DNA of 63,457 bases, the filler included, from Actinomycetota bacterium (GTDB lineage Bacteria > Actinomycetota > Acidimicrobiia > Spongiisociales > UBA4744): NCBI GenBank assembly GCA_013152275.1. It is 5 parts of 5 records of this genome, joined end to end, with 100 filler letters (N's around TTAATTAATTAA, not from the genome) between each part and the next. Parts side by side here need not be neighbours in the genome. Positions count along the whole stretch, not along the records: positions 1 to 22,791 come from JAADGS010000047.1; 4 more parts are not named here. One strand, given 5' to 3'. The position numbers were made by a program, and so were the translations under genes. The stretch's first letter is position 1, and each line of letters opens with the position of its first letter. Under the pieces are notes generated by a model that worked only from the letters and a program-made list of their open reading frames with translations, had not been told where the DNA came from and made no database searches. Of the stretch, positions 1 through 11,355 are shown in pieces.

Positions 1-175
1 TAGTCAACTCCTCATACACCCTGGGATGCGTCTTACCGAAACCGACAGCCAGGTAACCCCCATTGGACTCAGGCTGCTTCTGCTTGATGATGTCGGCCTC
101 GATCGTCACACCGATATGATTCGCCTGACCGGTCAGATCCGCCGACGCCTCATAATTCGTACCATCCCTGCCACG
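1..175 (-). pseudogene. fbaB: Internal/3' fragment of class I (DhnA-type) fructose-bisphosphate aldolase; 5' part absent, runs off the contig start
   Basis: Manual minus-strand translation [56 protein letters not shown] resembles the Fba[11 protein letters not shown]...ADIVKQK motif with the Schiff-base Lys. An in-frame TAG lies just upstream (~185-187). Not in the ORF track. Confidence 0.8.
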
Positions 176-429
176 CCCAATGCCCTACGGCCCAAGAGGA
201 TCGCCTGCCGGCCGTCGAGATGGAAGCACCCGACGCCGGATCGGGCACACGTCGCCGTACCCGACATCGCGACCGGCAGCGGGTGACCTGTGCAGCCATC
301 GAGATACGCTCACCTGTTCTGCGCCTGGGCCGCCACCGGTTCTTTGCGAAAAGCTCCGATACTCGAGGAAGGGACGAGTCCCGGGCACGCGTGTGATGGC
401 GAGCGATCCGGTGGCTGCCGGTCACACGA

Positions 430-1017
430 CTACTTCGCCGGATGCCCGACCGGAACGAGATACAACGGTTCGTGGTCGCCCGGAAGCCCCAGTATCGCCT
501 GCACTTGACCATCGTCAAAAGCACCGACCGGCACCGCTCCCAGACCAAGAGAGGCGGCCTGCAACAGGAGATTCTGGGCGGCATGTCCGACTTCGAACTT
601 CACATACCGCTCGGCTCGATCACCATACTTCCGCCTGGTGCGGGAGTAGACCGCAGCAAAGACGAAGATCGCAGCCGCCTCCTCCACGGCCTGCTGCGAG
701 TTGGCCGCCCGGGACAGTTCCCTTCGCAGATCCTCCTTGCCGAGGACCTCGAGCCGATGTCGGTACGGATCGTAGTGGTACCGGCCACGGCCAGTGACCA
801 GGTAAACCTCCAACGGATACAAGGCGCCGGCCGAAGGCGCGCTGCGTTGACCGGCACTCGAGGTGACACCCTGCGCCGCCCACAGGAGCAAGGATATGTC
901 CGCCATGTCGAGGGGTGTCCGCACGTACTCGCGAACTGAGCGACGTCGCGACAACGCGTCCGTCAGTGAGGCTCCGCCGGCCACTGCGGGCGGTGGAAGA
1001 TCGATTCGCTCGGTCAC
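430..1017 (-). CDS. SagB/ThcOx-family nitroreductase-like dehydrogenase
   Basis: RRSVREY, LLWAAQG, RSAPSAGALYPLEVY and EVGHAAQNLLLQA motifs; GGAGG SD before GTG. Confidence 0.9.
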   Translation of the reverse strand: MTERIDLPPPAVAGGASLTDALSRRRSVREYVRTPLDMADISLLLWAAQGVTSSAGQRSAPSAGALYPLEVYLVTGRGRYHYDPYRHRLEVLGKEDLRRELSRAANSQQAVEEAAAIFVFAAVYSRTRRKYGDRAERYVKFEVGHAAQNLLLQAASLGLGAVPVGAFDDGQVQAILGLPGDHEPLYLVPVGHPAK

Positions 1018-1110
1018 GGTGACACCTCCCGGTGGCTACACGGCGGCCACCTGTCAACGTCACGATAATGAGCGACGCGCGCCAACGCACCGGTGCAGCC
1101 CCCAATTCCT

Positions 1111-1161
1111 CGTTCTCGTGACGCTTCACAGGAATAATCCCGGCCAACCGTCACGAGAACG
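1111..1161. repeat. 51-bp palindromic REP-like element, copy A (solo)
   Basis: CGTTCTCGTGACG-cttcacaggaataatcccggccaac-CGTCACGAGAACG, just downstream of coxM. Confidence 0.9.
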
Positions 1162-1193
1162 GTGATGTTGGTGTTTCCCCTCCGATGCGTCGC

Positions 1194-2042
1194 CTACGCG
1201 AGCACGTCCTCCAGTGCTCGGCGCACGTACACACTCGCCAGATGCGTCCGGTAGTCGACCGGGCCGTACAGGTCCTCGAGCACGACAACGCCCTCCGTTG
1301 CGTGGGAGGCGGCGTCGGCGATGGCATCCTTGGACCCATCGGTGCCGACGACGGCCTGTGCCGACGCCGACGCGAGATACGGTTTCGAACTGACCCCGGT
1401 CACCGCGATCCGGGCATCGGCGACCGTACCGCCGGCGGCGTCGACCCACACGGCGGCCGCCGCGATCGGATAGTCCGCGTCGCCTCCCCGCCTACCGAGC
1501 TTCCGATAGGCGGACTTGCCCCCCTTGGGGACTCTCAGCTCGACGAGGATCTCGTCGGACTCGAGCGCAGAAGTCAAGGTGTCGACGAAGAAATCCGCGG
1601 CAGCGATCTCCCTCGTACCCCGTACCGACACGGCAACCATCGTGGCTCCCAGCGCGAGTACGGCAGCCGGTTGGTCTGCGGCCAGGTCCGCGTGGGCGAT
1701 CGATCCACAAGTTGTCCCCTGACTCCTGACCTGAACATCGGCCGTGGCGGCGGCGGCCTGCGCCAGCGCCGTCGCGTGCTCGTTGACGAGTGGATCGACG
1801 GCTGTCTGCGCGTGACGCACCATCGCTCCGATCGCGATGTAGCCGCCTTCATCCGTGATCGTGTCCAACCCGGCGATCCGCGAGATGTCGACGATCGTCG
1901 CAGGGCGAACGAGCCTGGCCTTCATGAGAGGAATGAGACTCATGCCACCACTGAGAACTTTGGCGTTCTCGTCCTCGGACAGTATCGAGAGTGCCTCCTC
2001 CAGTGAGGACGGGGCAACGTAGTCGAAATTGGATGGATACAT
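1194..2042 (-). CDS. coxM: FAD-binding medium subunit (CoxM/CutM) of xanthine dehydrogenase/CODH family
   Basis: MYPSNFDY..P.SLEEA, SGGMSLIPLMKARL, QVRSQGTTCGSIAHAD. Confidence 0.9.
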   Translation of the reverse strand: MYPSNFDYVAPSSLEEALSILSEDENAKVLSGGMSLIPLMKARLVRPATIVDISRIAGLDTITDEGGYIAIGAMVRHAQTAVDPLVNEHATALAQAAAATADVQVRSQGTTCGSIAHADLAADQPAAVLALGATMVAVSVRGTREIAAADFFVDTLTSALESDEILVELRVPKGGKSAYRKLGRRGGDADYPIAAAAVWVDAAGGTVADARIAVTGVSSKPYLASASAQAVVGTDGSKDAIADAASHATEGVVVLEDLYGPVDYRTHLASVYVRRALEDVLA

Positions 2043-2044
2043 CG

Positions 2045-4420
2045 TCAGTTCCTCGCATCCTCGATCGCCTGCCATACACGTTTCGGCCGCAACGGCATGT
2101 CGATGTGCTTGACACCCAGATGGCTCACCGCATCGACAACCGCGTTGACGATGGTTTGAGCCGACCCGATCGTCCCGGCTTCACCGATTCCCTTGACGCC
2201 GAGCGGGTTGACGTCCGTCGGGGTGACCGTGCGATCCAGCGAGAACATCGGAAGGCTCTCTGCGGCGGGGAGCGGATAGTCGAGCATCGACGCCGTGAGC
2301 AGATTGCCCACGTCGTCGTAGATCGCTTCTTCGAACAGCGCCTGTGCGATACCTTGCGCGATCCCCCCATGCAGCTGACCGTCGACGATCATCGGGTTGA
2401 TGACATTCCCACAGTCGTCCGTGGCCCAGTACTCGAGGAGGTCGACATCGCCCGTCTCGGGGTCGACTTCGACCAGCGCCATATGTGAACCGAACGGCCA
2501 TGTCGCGTTCGGTGGTGAGAACACCACCGATGACTCGAGCCCACCTTCAACACCCTCCGGCAGGGTGTGAGGCTGATACGCGGACTCCGCGATCTGGGCC
2601 CATGTCACAGAGCGATCCGGCGAACCGGCCACATGGGCGCCGCCGTCTGCGAAATGGATGTCTTCCGGAGCGGCTTCGAGAAGATGACCGGCGATGGTGG
2701 CCGCCTTCTCCTTCACACGCTTCGTTGCCTCGAACGTTGCGGTTCCGTCCACGGCGATGGACCGCGAACCGAACGTACCGACGCCCGTGGGCGAGTCGAC
2801 CGAATCACCGTGCCGCACCTCGATGTTCTCCATCGGGATGCCGAGGCCTTCGGAGACGATCTGGGCCCACGTCGTCTCGTGACCCTGGCCGCTCGGAGCG
2901 GTGCCGATCGTGACCGTACATGTTCCATCCGGCTGGACGCGCACGACGCCGGAACCGTTGAACGCAGTCGGCAGCCCGTACCCGGCCCACGAGAATCCGA
3001 GACCGGCGAGCGCCGAAGGCCCGAAACCACACACTTCGACATAGGTGCTGAGTCCGATGCCGAGCAACCTGCCCTCGGCGCGGGCGGCGTCGCGTTTCGC
3101 CTTCAGATCCTCGTACCCGACCCTGTCCAGCAGAGCGTCGAGGTTCTTCTCATAGTCACCGCTGTCCATCGTCAGGCCGATCTCCGTGGTCACCGGGAAC
3201 TGGTCTGGCTTCCAGTAGTTGACCTTGCGTACGTCGGCCGGGTCCATGCCGATCTCCCTGGCGTACGCATCGATGATGCGCTCCAGGTAGTACGCGGCCT
3301 CGGGCCGTCCCGCGCCCCGATACGCATCGGTGGTCGGCGTGTTCGTGACGACACAGTGCAGCGCATAGGACGTGGGAATGTCGTATTGCCCTGGTGCAAC
3401 GAACAGCCCGAGGAGGGGGATGGCGACCGTGAAGTTCTGCGTATACGCACCCATGTCGCAGATCGCGTCGAGTTCGTAGCCAAGGATCTTGCCATCCCTT
3501 GTACCGGTGATCGTGGCCGTTCCGATCCAGCCTCTGCCTTGTGTGGAGGAGAAGCCGGCCTCGCGGCGGGTCTCCGTCCAGCGCACCGGCCGACCGAGAT
3601 CCTTCGATGCGAAGCAGCAGAGGAGCTCATCCGGGTACACATTGAGTTTCACCCCGAATCCACCCCCGACCTCTGGAGCCACGACCCGCACCTTGTTGAA
3701 AGGAATCCCGAATGCCACACCGATGGCGCCGGCCACGGCCTGTGGGATCTGTGAGCTCGTCCACAGCTCAACCGATCCGTAGCCGCTGTTCCACTCGGCA
3801 AGAACGGCCCTCGGCTCGATCGCCGTCGGGATGAGACGCTGGTTCACCATCTCGAGGCCGACCACAACGGTGTCGTCTCGCTCTTTGGCCGCCTGAATGC
3901 CGGGAGAGGGATCGGGAAGCTCGATGACGCCTTCCCACCATGCATTCCCGTGCCAGGTGAGCAGCGTGTTCGAAGCGCCTTCGTGAACCTGCACGGTGTC
4001 GGCAAAAGCTTCCTTCAGGTCGACGACGGCGTCTTTCGGTTCGTAGTCGACGAAGACCAGATCTGCAGCGTCCTGAGCGATGTAACGATTGTCCGCGATC
4101 ACCATCGCCACCGCCTCGCCGACATGGTGCACGGAGCCGTCGGCGAGCAGGGGGCGCAGCGTACCGACGGCTACCTGAGCCGGGTTCGGCCCGAGGTGGC
4201 GTACATCGTCCGCCGTGTACACGGCATGGACACCGTCGAGTTCGAGAGCGGCCGATGCATCGATGCCGCTGATCGTGGCAGCAGCGAACGGACTCCGAAC
4301 GAACACGGCAACGAGCTCACCGCGGCGCTTGACATCATCGACGTAGATGCCTTTGCCCTGGATCAGGGAAGGGTCCTCCTTCCGCCTGACGATCCCACCC
4401 ATCGCACTTATCGTGCTCAT
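2045..4420 (-). CDS. coxL: Molybdopterin-binding large subunit, CoxL-like form II
   Basis: [17 protein letters not shown] active-site loop, GQGHET, GTFGSRS, KGIGEAG catalytic Glu. Confidence 0.9.
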   Translation of the reverse strand: MSTISAMGGIVRRKEDPSLIQGKGIYVDDVKRRGELVAVFVRSPFAAATISGIDASAALELDGVHAVYTADDVRHLGPNPAQVAVGTLRPLLADGSVHHVGEAVAMVIADNRYIAQDAADLVFVDYEPKDAVVDLKEAFADTVQVHEGASNTLLTWHGNAWWEGVIELPDPSPGIQAAKERDDTVVVGLEMVNQRLIPTAIEPRAVLAEWNSGYGSVELWTSSQIPQAVAGAIGVAFGIPFNKVRVVAPEVGGGFGVKLNVYPDELLCCFASKDLGRPVRWTETRREAGFSSTQGRGWIGTATITGTRDGKILGYELDAICDMGAYTQNFTVAIPLLGLFVAPGQYDIPTSYALHCVVTNTPTTDAYRGAGRPEAAYYLERIIDAYAREIGMDPADVRKVNYWKPDQFPVTTEIGLTMDSGDYEKNLDALLDRVGYEDLKAKRDAARAEGRLLGIGLSTYVEVCGFGPSALAGLGFSWAGYGLPTAFNGSGVVRVQPDGTCTVTIGTAPSGQGHETTWAQIVSEGLGIPMENIEVRHGDSVDSPTGVGTFGSRSIAVDGTATFEATKRVKEKAATIAGHLLEAAPEDIHFADGGAHVAGSPDRSVTWAQIAESAYQPHTLPEGVEGGLESSVVFSPPNATWPFGSHMALVEVDPETGDVDLLEYWATDDCGNVINPMIVDGQLHGGIAQGIAQALFEEAIYDDVGNLLTASMLDYPLPAAESLPMFSLDRTVTPTDVNPLGVKGIGEAGTIGSAQTIVNAVVDAVSHLGVKHIDMPLRPKRVWQAIEDARN

Positions 4421-4917
4421 GGCGCCACCTCCCCCGATGCTCCTTCGGGTTTCTCACCGCGCAGCTTCGCGCTTGCGTACCGGACGGATCGGACGATGTT
4501 GTGGTAGCCCGTGCACCGACACAGATTCCCTTCGATCCCGTGACGGATCTCACTTTCCGTGGGGTTGTCGTTGTGCTCCAAGAGCGCTACCGAACTCATG
4601 ATCATGCCCGGCGTACAGAATCCACACTGGAGCCCATGGCGCTCCCAGAAGCCTTCCTGCACGGGGTGCAGCTCATCACCATTGGCGACACCTTCGACGG
4701 TTCTCACACTGCGGCCGTCGGCCTGAACGGCGAACATGGTGCATGACTTCACGGCCCGGCCATCGACGATGACGGTACAAGCGCCGCAGTAACCGGTATC
4801 ACAACCGACGTGGGTACCGGTGAGACCAAGCTGATCCCGTAGAAAGTGGACGAGCAGCGTCCGCGGTTCAACGTCGCTGCGGTAATCCGTTCCGTTGACT
4901 GAGATACCGACTTCCAA
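4417..4917 (-). CDS. coxS: 2Fe-2S small subunit (CoxS/CutS)
   Basis: [11 protein letters not shown] and QCGFCTPG...[11 protein letters not shown] start after GGGAGG. Confidence 0.92.
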   Translation of the reverse strand: MEVGISVNGTDYRSDVEPRTLLVHFLRDQLGLTGTHVGCDTGYCGACTVIVDGRAVKSCTMFAVQADGRSVRTVEGVANGDELHPVQEGFWERHGLQCGFCTPGMIMSSVALLEHNDNPTESEIRHGIEGNLCRCTGYHNIVRSVRYASAKLRGEKPEGASGEVAP

Positions 4918-5019
4918 GGCACAACCCTCCCGTCGACTCGGCACGGGGGGCCGGCTGAGGGTGCCACCCCCGATCACACCATAGACAGCGCTCCTGACGG
5001 TTGCTGGAAGAACGTTCCT

Positions 5020-5592
5020 CTATGTGTCAGTGTGGGAAAAAAGTCGCTTCCACCACGCTGCGAACGCGCCCCACATGCTCGAGAGCAACAGCGACATTCC
5101 CCGCACTTCGGGAGCAGCGATCGCCGACGCGTCCTCTGTCGAGCCCGCGTTCAACTTCGCATGAACGCACGCAGAGAACTCGTCGATCAATCGCTTCGAA
5201 ACCTCGTTGATGAGGCCGGTTCTTCCGAACTGGGCAATCGGCCCTGCGAGGATGACCTTTGCGTCGATGGTGACGTCGGTGTGGCCGGGACCGGCCTCGA
5301 TCAGGCGAATGTTCACGTCCACCCTCCCCTGGCTGCCCCCCGACCGGTCGATGCCGCGTCCCTTGATGTTCGATGCATACGTTTCATCGTCGAACTCGAC
5401 CGTCGCGGTGCCATCGAACGATGCCGAGATCGGGCCGAGTTTCACGGAGACTCGTCCGTCGAACGATCCGTCCCCCTTGTCGCTTGCGATCTCGGCGCCC
5501 GGGAGACAGCGAACCAACTCGGACATGTCCTGGAACAACGACCACACCGATTCGACCGGCTGTGCGACGGTGAATTGCTCGATGACGTCCAA
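5020..5592 (-). CDS. coxG: CoxG/SRPBCC family protein with C-terminal amphipathic anchor
   Basis: VWSLFQD..ELVRCLPGA, VKLGPI, AQFGRTGLINEVSKRLIDEF; TTG start inferred. Confidence 0.85.
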   Translation of the reverse strand: MDVIEQFTVAQPVESVWSLFQDMSELVRCLPGAEIASDKGDGSFDGRVSVKLGPISASFDGTATVEFDDETYASNIKGRGIDRSGGSQGRVDVNIRLIEAGPGHTDVTIDAKVILAGPIAQFGRTGLINEVSKRLIDEFSACVHAKLNAGSTEDASAIAAPEVRGMSLLLSSMWGAFAAWWKRLFSHTDT

Positions 5593-5600
5593 CGTGACCC

Positions 5601-6365
5601 CTACGCCGAGTGTATCGGCGCGTCGGTGCCGCGCAGTGATACTGCCGAGCCCGCGCCGTATCGAACCTGCACGATCTCGGCCAGTATCGCGATCGCGGTC
5701 TCTGCCGGCGACCTGGCTTTGAGATCGAGACCGACCGGCCCGTGGATCATGTCGATCTCTTCTTGGGTCCAACCTTCATTCCTGAGGCGATCGACACGCA
5801 ACGCGTGCGTTCGCCGAGACCCCATCGCACCTAGATACCGGATCGGCGTTTTGTGCACGGCCCGAAGGACAGGTATCTCGAAGCGGCTGTCATGGCTCAG
5901 CAGGACGACGTATGTTCTGCGATCCAGAACAATATGGTCGAAGACGGCATCGGGCCACGCAACGATCAGCTCGTCGACATCCGGGAATCGTTCATGTGTA
6001 GCCCAGGCGGCACGGGCGTCCGCGACGACCACACGAAACCCGAGTTCGCGGGCGAAGAGCGACAGGGGCTGCGCTATGTGCCCCGCACCGAAGATGAGCA
6101 TGACAGGAGACGGAGCGATCGTGTCGATGAAGATCCTTCGCTCGCCGTACACGAGGGCTCTGCTCTCTTCCCTGTCCATGAGATCGTCGGCATCGGAAAT
6201 GACGTCGTCATCGAGCCATGGTGAGCCATCGCCTGTGATCTGGCCGGTTGCCCGGTCGAGAACGACGGCAGAACCCATGTCCGGTCCGTCGATAACGGTG
6301 ACGAGAGCACCCAGCCGTTCATCCTGTTTGAGCGCCGCGAGTGCGGCGATGACCTCGTTCACCAT
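5601..6365 (-). CDS. XdhC/CoxF family maturation protein, Rossmann (C-terminal) part
   Basis: [50 protein letters not shown]. Confidence 0.88.
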   Translation of the reverse strand: MVNEVIAALAALKQDERLGALVTVIDGPDMGSAVVLDRATGQITGDGSPWLDDDVISDADDLMDREESRALVYGERRIFIDTIAPSPVMLIFGAGHIAQPLSLFARELGFRVVVADARAAWATHERFPDVDELIVAWPDAVFDHIVLDRRTYVVLLSHDSRFEIPVLRAVHKTPIRYLGAMGSRRTHALRVDRLRNEGWTQEEIDMIHGPVGLDLKARSPAETAIAILAEIVQVRYGAGSAVSLRGTDAPIHSA

Positions 6366-6667
6366 GGTGCGATGTACACCTCGATCGTGCCACCACAGGT
6401 GAGCCCGACCTCGAAGGCATCGTCGTCGGCGATCCCGTAGGTGACGAGCCTCGGCGTGCCTGATTTCAACACGGCCGCCGCATGCTCGCACACGTCGTTC
6501 TCGACGCAGCCGCCGCTGACACTTCCCTCCATCTCGCCATCCGACGAGATGAGCATCTTGGCTCCGACGCCGCGCGGTGCAGAGCCTTTGACGGCCACGA
6601 CGGTGGCCACCGCGACATCCTTGCCCTGTTCGGTCCACCGGTCGTACACCTCGAGCACATCTCTCAT
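6359..6667 (-). CDS. XdhC/CoxI N-terminal domain protein (split XdhC)
   Basis: [32 protein letters not shown]. Confidence 0.88.
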   Translation of the reverse strand: MRDVLEVYDRWTEQGKDVAVATVVAVKGSAPRGVGAKMLISSDGEMEGSVSGGCVENDVCEHAAAVLKSGTPRLVTYGIADDDAFEVGLTCGGTIEVYIAPW

Positions 6668-7827
6668 AGTGATGCGACGCTCCTTCTCCCAACGCTGGCC
6701 GACTGCAACAGCTCGATGAGGTCCACCAGATTACGGGCCGTTCCGCCGGCCAACAAGTCATCGACGAACGGCATCGCGGCAGCCATTCCTCGAGCTTGCG
6801 GCGTGTATCCGACATGCCCTGCGAGCGGGTTCAGCCAGATGACCCTGTGCACGGAGCGGGCGAGGCGCCGCATTTCGCGTGCAAGGAGGAACGGATCTCC
6901 GGTGTCCCAGCCGTCGGAGATGATGAGAGTGACTGGGCCTCCACCTCCCACACGTCGGGACCAATTCCGGTTGAAGACCCCTATCGCCTCGCCGATTCGG
7001 GTGCCGCCCGACCAATCGCGCACGGTCCGGGCCACCTGGGCGAGCGCCTCCGTCGGGTTCCTGCGACGAAGCTGCCTCGTGATCCGCGTGAGGCGAGTGG
7101 CGAACACGAACGATTCGACCTTGCCGAAGCGGTACTGGGCACCGTGGATGAAGTGGAGCAACATCTCCGAATACCTATCCATCGACCCCGAGATGTCGGC
7201 GAGGACGATGAGCGGACGCTGACGAGGCTTTCGCTCCGAGAACGCGAGCGGCATCAGGTCGCCGTTCGGTCCCGTCATCATCCGCATCGTTCTGCGTAGA
7301 TCCGGGACAGGCCCACCCGACGCGGGCCTCCATCGCCGAGAACGGGCCGATGCCGGCTCCCACGTCATCGCCGCCAGCAGGGCCGCAACGGATGCCGCCT
7401 CCTCATCGTCGAGATCGGCGAAGTCGACATCCATGAACCGTTCTGCGTCGGAACCACCGACAACATCGAGAACATCGTCTCGATCTTCGACGCCCTCGGC
7501 CTCGGGGCCACTCGTCGCTCCGATTCGTGAAGCGCGCCGAGGCCGTCTCCGCCGAGCAACCCGTTCGATGACCTCATCGAGGGTCATCACGACATCCCCG
7601 GAGAAGAACTTGTCGAACAGCTCGTCGAAGTACGCGCTCTGGCTCTGACGAGTGACGACCACCGCTCTGAACGCCTCGCGCACATCCTCGCCGCAATGCA
7701 TCCCGACAAGCCGCGCCGCGTCCACGAGACGGCCGGTCGTTTCTGGTGTAACGCCAAACCCTGCCGATCGCAGCGACCGCACGAACCCGACGAGATTGGC
7801 CGCAGCGATATCGCCCGTCCCCGTCAT
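6664..7827 (-). CDS. coxE: VWA domain CoxE-like protein
   Basis: DISGSM MIDAS motif, [22 protein letters not shown] overlap with upstream ATPase. Confidence 0.9.
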   Translation of the reverse strand: MTGTGDIAAANLVGFVRSLRSAGFGVTPETTGRLVDAARLVGMHCGEDVREAFRAVVVTRQSQSAYFDELFDKFFSGDVVMTLDEVIERVARRRRPRRASRIGATSGPEAEGVEDRDDVLDVVGGSDAERFMDVDFADLDDEEAASVAALLAAMTWEPASARSRRWRPASGGPVPDLRRTMRMMTGPNGDLMPLAFSERKPRQRPLIVLADISGSMDRYSEMLLHFIHGAQYRFGKVESFVFATRLTRITRQLRRRNPTEALAQVARTVRDWSGGTRIGEAIGVFNRNWSRRVGGGGPVTLIISDGWDTGDPFLLAREMRRLARSVHRVIWLNPLAGHVGYTPQARGMAAAMPFVDDLLAGGTARNLVDLIELLQSASVGRRSVASL

Positions 7828-8696
7828 ACAAGCGCTTCCAGACCGCCGGCGCGTACCGTCTGCATGTCTTCCTCGTATTTGACGATGACCCCCAGGGTTG
7901 CGTCCACGACGTCCGGCGTCAGCCGCACTTCGCCGAGCACCTGGAGTGCTTTCGCCCAATCGATCGTCTCCCCGACTCCGGGCGGTTTGAAGAGATCGAG
8001 GTTGCGCAGCTTGTGCATCGCCGCGGCGAGCTCCCTCGACAACGTTTCCGATGTGTCCGGTGCCTTCCTGTGAAGGATCTCGATTTCTCGCTCGACGGTG
8101 GGATAGTCGATCCAGTGATAGATGCACCGTCGTTTGACGGCGTCGTGGATCTCGCGTGTTCGATTCGACGTGATGACGACGATCGGTGGCGTCGTCGCAC
8201 GTATCGTGCCGACCTCGGGAATCGTGATCTGGAAATCGGAGAGAAGCTCGAGGAGATACGCCTCGAACTCTTCATCTGCCCGGTCCAGTTCATCTATCAA
8301 CAGAACGGTTCGAACGCCTTCGGACGATCGCCGGATCGCCTGGAGCAAGGGTCGCGCGATGAGGTACTCCTCGCTCATGATGTCGTGGACGTCGACCCGA
8401 TCCCCACCGGCCTCGAGCAGCCGTATCGCGAGCATCTGACGTGCGTAATCCCATTCGTACAGGGCGTGGGACGCATCCAGGCCCTCGTAGCATTGGAGAC
8501 GAATGAACTCTCCACCGCTGAGCGCAGTGAGTACGTTGGCGATCTCGGTCTTCCCGACGCCTGGTTCGCCTTCGACGAAGAGCGGACGGCCCATCGCCAC
8601 GGCGAGGTGAATCGCCACGGACAGGCCCCGCTCGGGGATGTAGCCGTGATCGATGAACGCCGCTTCCAGAGCATCGACAGTGGCGGGGAACGTCAT
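7824..8696 (-). CDS. coxD: MoxR-family AAA+ ATPase (CoxD-like)
   Basis: GEPGVGKT Walker A, RLQCYEGLD, LLIDELDRAD, TSNRTREIHDA. Confidence 0.92.
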   Translation of the reverse strand: MTFPATVDALEAAFIDHGYIPERGLSVAIHLAVAMGRPLFVEGEPGVGKTEIANVLTALSGGEFIRLQCYEGLDASHALYEWDYARQMLAIRLLEAGGDRVDVHDIMSEEYLIARPLLQAIRRSSEGVRTVLLIDELDRADEEFEAYLLELLSDFQITIPEVGTIRATTPPIVVITSNRTREIHDAVKRRCIYHWIDYPTVEREIEILHRKAPDTSETLSRELAAAMHKLRNLDLFKPPGVGETIDWAKALQVLGEVRLTPDVVDATLGVIVKYEEDMQTVRAGGLEALV

Positions 8697-9231
8697 CGGG
8701 CGACCTTAGCCGCCAACGTCCCGTCGATTCCGGTCTTCTCCTCCGCAGTGCGCAATGCGGCCTTCTCGACAGCGGATACACCCGGACTCTCCTGATAGCA
8801 GAAGTCTCTCGACCCGATGCCCCTCACAAGTGTGGAGCCAGATCACGTCCCCGACCGCACAACCCGATCCCGCTTGACATCGGACCGCGAATGGGCTCAG
8901 AGACACGAGCTTCGACATGCTCACCCGAGGCTGCATCCGGCTCGGCAATCCCAACGAACCTGAGAAGATGACCCCAACACTCGGACCGGCAATCGACTAG
9001 AAAGAAACCGGCGAGGCGGACACGGCATCACCGATGTGGGCGACGTGTTGGAAGGTGACCTGTGCGACATCGGCTTCCTAAGATGGGAAGTGGTGTGGGA
9101 ACCCTTCTCCCGGCCCCGAGGCCGAGAGGAGCCGCAGGACGGCATCACCCGGAGACGCAGTCCTCCTGCTAGAACTCAGAAGACGAATCAGGATGGGGCC
9201 TTGGAGCCGTCCTTTCAGAGGAGGCGCAGCA

Positions 9232-11355
9232 ATGGAAAAGGAACAGGTGGCCCAGGAAACACAGGTCTCCGAGTCACAAATCGCCGTTCACTGGCGTGAG
9301 GAGGAGTACTACTACCCTCCCGCGAAGTTCATCGCCCAAGCGAACGGCGCCGATCCTGCACTCTTCGAACGATTCGGCGAGGAGCACTTTCCCGAGTGTT
9401 TCAAGGAATACGCCGACCTCCTCACCTGGGATACCTACTGGCACACGACGTTGGACACCAGCAACGCGCCTCTCTGGAAGTGGTTCGTCGGTGGGAAACT
9501 GAATGCCTCCTACAACTGTGTCGACCGCCACCTGACGACCAGTCGCAACAAGGCGGCGTTCATCTGGGTGCCCGAGCCAGAGAACCAAGAAACCATCGTG
9601 ATCACCTATCAGGAGCTCTACAGGCGCATCAACGAATTCGCAGCACTTCTGCGCGGCTTCGCCGATGTCGAGGTCGGTGACCGGGTGACGTTCCACCTGC
9701 CGATGGTCCCCGAGCTTCCTGTCGCCATGCTCGCCTGCGCCCGCCTCGGCGTCATCCATTCCGAAGTCTTCGGCGGATTCAGCGGCGAGGCCTGCGGAGA
9801 GCGTATTGCCGACTCGGAAAGCCACATCCTGGTGACAATGGACGGCTACTACCGCAACGGCGAGCTGATCGACCACAAGGTCAAGGCCGACGAGGCGGTG
9901 GCGGCGGCTCGCGAACGCGGTGTCGAGGTCGACAAGGTGCTCGTCTGGCGGCGACATCCCGGCCGGTACGCGTCGAAGAGCCCCATGGTCGAGGGACGGG
10001 ACTTCTTCGTCGACGAACTACTGGAGGACTATCGCGGCAACATCGTCGACCCGGTGTCGATGCCGGCAGAGGCCCCCCTATTCCTCATGTACACGAGCGG
10101 CACGACCGCGCAACCCAAAGGGTGCCAGCACAGCACCGGCGGTTACCTCTCCTACGTCGCCGGCACATCGAAGTACTACCAGGACATCCACCCCGAGGAC
10201 ACGTACTGGTGCTTTGCCGACATCGGATGGATCACCGGTCACTCCTACATCGTCTATGGCCCACTGGCACTCGGGACGACGAGTGTGCTGTACGAGGGGG
10301 CCCCTGCATACCCGGACGCCGGTCGGCCCTGGCGGATCGCCGAGCGGCTCGGTGTGAACATCTTTCACACCGCCCCGACAACGATCCGCATGTTGCGCAA
10401 GCTCGGCCCGGAGGAGCCGAAGAAGTACGACTACCACTTCAAGCACATGACGACGGTGGGTGAGCCGATCGAACCCGATGTCTGGCGCTGGTACCACGAT
10501 GTCGTCGGGAAAGGCGAAGCGGTCATCGTCGATACCTGGTGGCAGACCGAGAATGGCGGCTTCCTCGGCAGCACCCTGCCTGCCCTCCAGCCGATGAAGC
10601 CGGGGAGCTGCGGCCCCGGGGTCCTCGGAATCTACCCGGTGATCTACGACGACGACGACAACGAAGTCGAGGCAGGGAGCGACCGGGCCGGGAACATCTG
10701 TATCCGCAACCCGTGGCCGGGCATCTTTCAGACGATCTGGAGACAACCCGACCGATTCGTCGAGACCTACTACGAGAGGTACTGCCGGGACAAAGACAGC
10801 ACCGATTGGCGCGACTGGCCGTACCTGGCCGGCGACGCCGCCGTCCAGGCGATCGACGGCTACTTCCGGATCCTTGGCCGAATCGATGACGTCATCAACG
10901 TCGCCGGGCACCGCCTGGGAACCAAAGAGCTCGAGTCGGCGAGCATGACCGTCGAGGAGATCGGCGAGGCGGCCGCCGTCCCGGTGATGGACGAGATCCG
11001 TGGCCGGGCCGTGGAGATGTATGTCTCGCTGAGACCGGGGCTCACCCCCGGCAAGGACATCGAGGCGAAAGTGGCCAAGGCGATCGAAACCAAGATCGGG
11101 AAGATCGCGCGGCCGAAGAACGTCTGGATCGTCCCGGACATGCCCAAGACGCGCTCCGGAAAGATCATGCGCAGGGTCATCGCCGGAATCTCCAATTTCG
11201 CGGATGTCGGGGATACGACAACGCTGTCGAACCCCGAGATCGTCGAGGACATCCGCCACCACGTCCAAAGCGAGAAGCTGGCCCGTGGCGAGGTTCCGCG
11301 CGAGCTGTCGCCGCAGGAAAAGGAAGAAATCGAGGCGTTCGGACACGCCGAATAG
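9232..11355 (+). CDS. acs: Acetyl-CoA synthetase
   Basis: YTSGTT..PKG, DIGWITGHSY, VGEPI, DTWWQTE, PKTRSGKIMRR; GAGGAGG SD. Confidence 0.95.
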   Translation: MEKEQVAQETQVSESQIAVHWREEEYYYPPAKFIAQANGADPALFERFGEEHFPECFKEYADLLTWDTYWHTTLDTSNAPLWKWFVGGKLNASYNCVDRHLTTSRNKAAFIWVPEPENQETIVITYQELYRRINEFAALLRGFADVEVGDRVTFHLPMVPELPVAMLACARLGVIHSEVFGGFSGEACGERIADSESHILVTMDGYYRNGELIDHKVKADEAVAAARERGVEVDKVLVWRRHPGRYASKSPMVEGRDFFVDELLEDYRGNIVDPVSMPAEAPLFLMYTSGTTAQPKGCQHSTGGYLSYVAGTSKYYQDIHPEDTYWCFADIGWITGHSYIVYGPLALGTTSVLYEGAPAYPDAGRPWRIAERLGVNIFHTAPTTIRMLRKLGPEEPKKYDYHFKHMTTVGEPIEPDVWRWYHDVVGKGEAVIVDTWWQTENGGFLGSTLPALQPMKPGSCGPGVLGIYPVIYDDDDNEVEAGSDRAGNICIRNPWPGIFQTIWRQPDRFVETYYERYCRDKDSTDWRDWPYLAGDAAVQAIDGYFRILGRIDDVINVAGHRLGTKELESASMTVEEIGEAAAVPVMDEIRGRAVEMYVSLRPGLTPGKDIEAKVAKAIETKIGKIARPKNVWIVPDMPKTRSGKIMRRVIAGISNFADVGDTTTLSNPEIVEDIRHHVQSEKLARGEVPRELSPQEKEEIEAFGHAE

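Noticed and set aside
430..1017. RiPP (azole) biosynthesis from the SagB-like gene
   Set aside because: No YcaO, precursor or transporter nearby; stand-alone nitroreductase.
2045..4420. Aerobic CO oxidation (form I CODH)
   Set aside because: AYRGAGR motif and S-L-M order, no Cu-binding Cys.
9054..9069. CRP-like site GGTGA-N6-CGACA upstream of acs
   Set aside because: Three mismatches to consensus; too weak to call.
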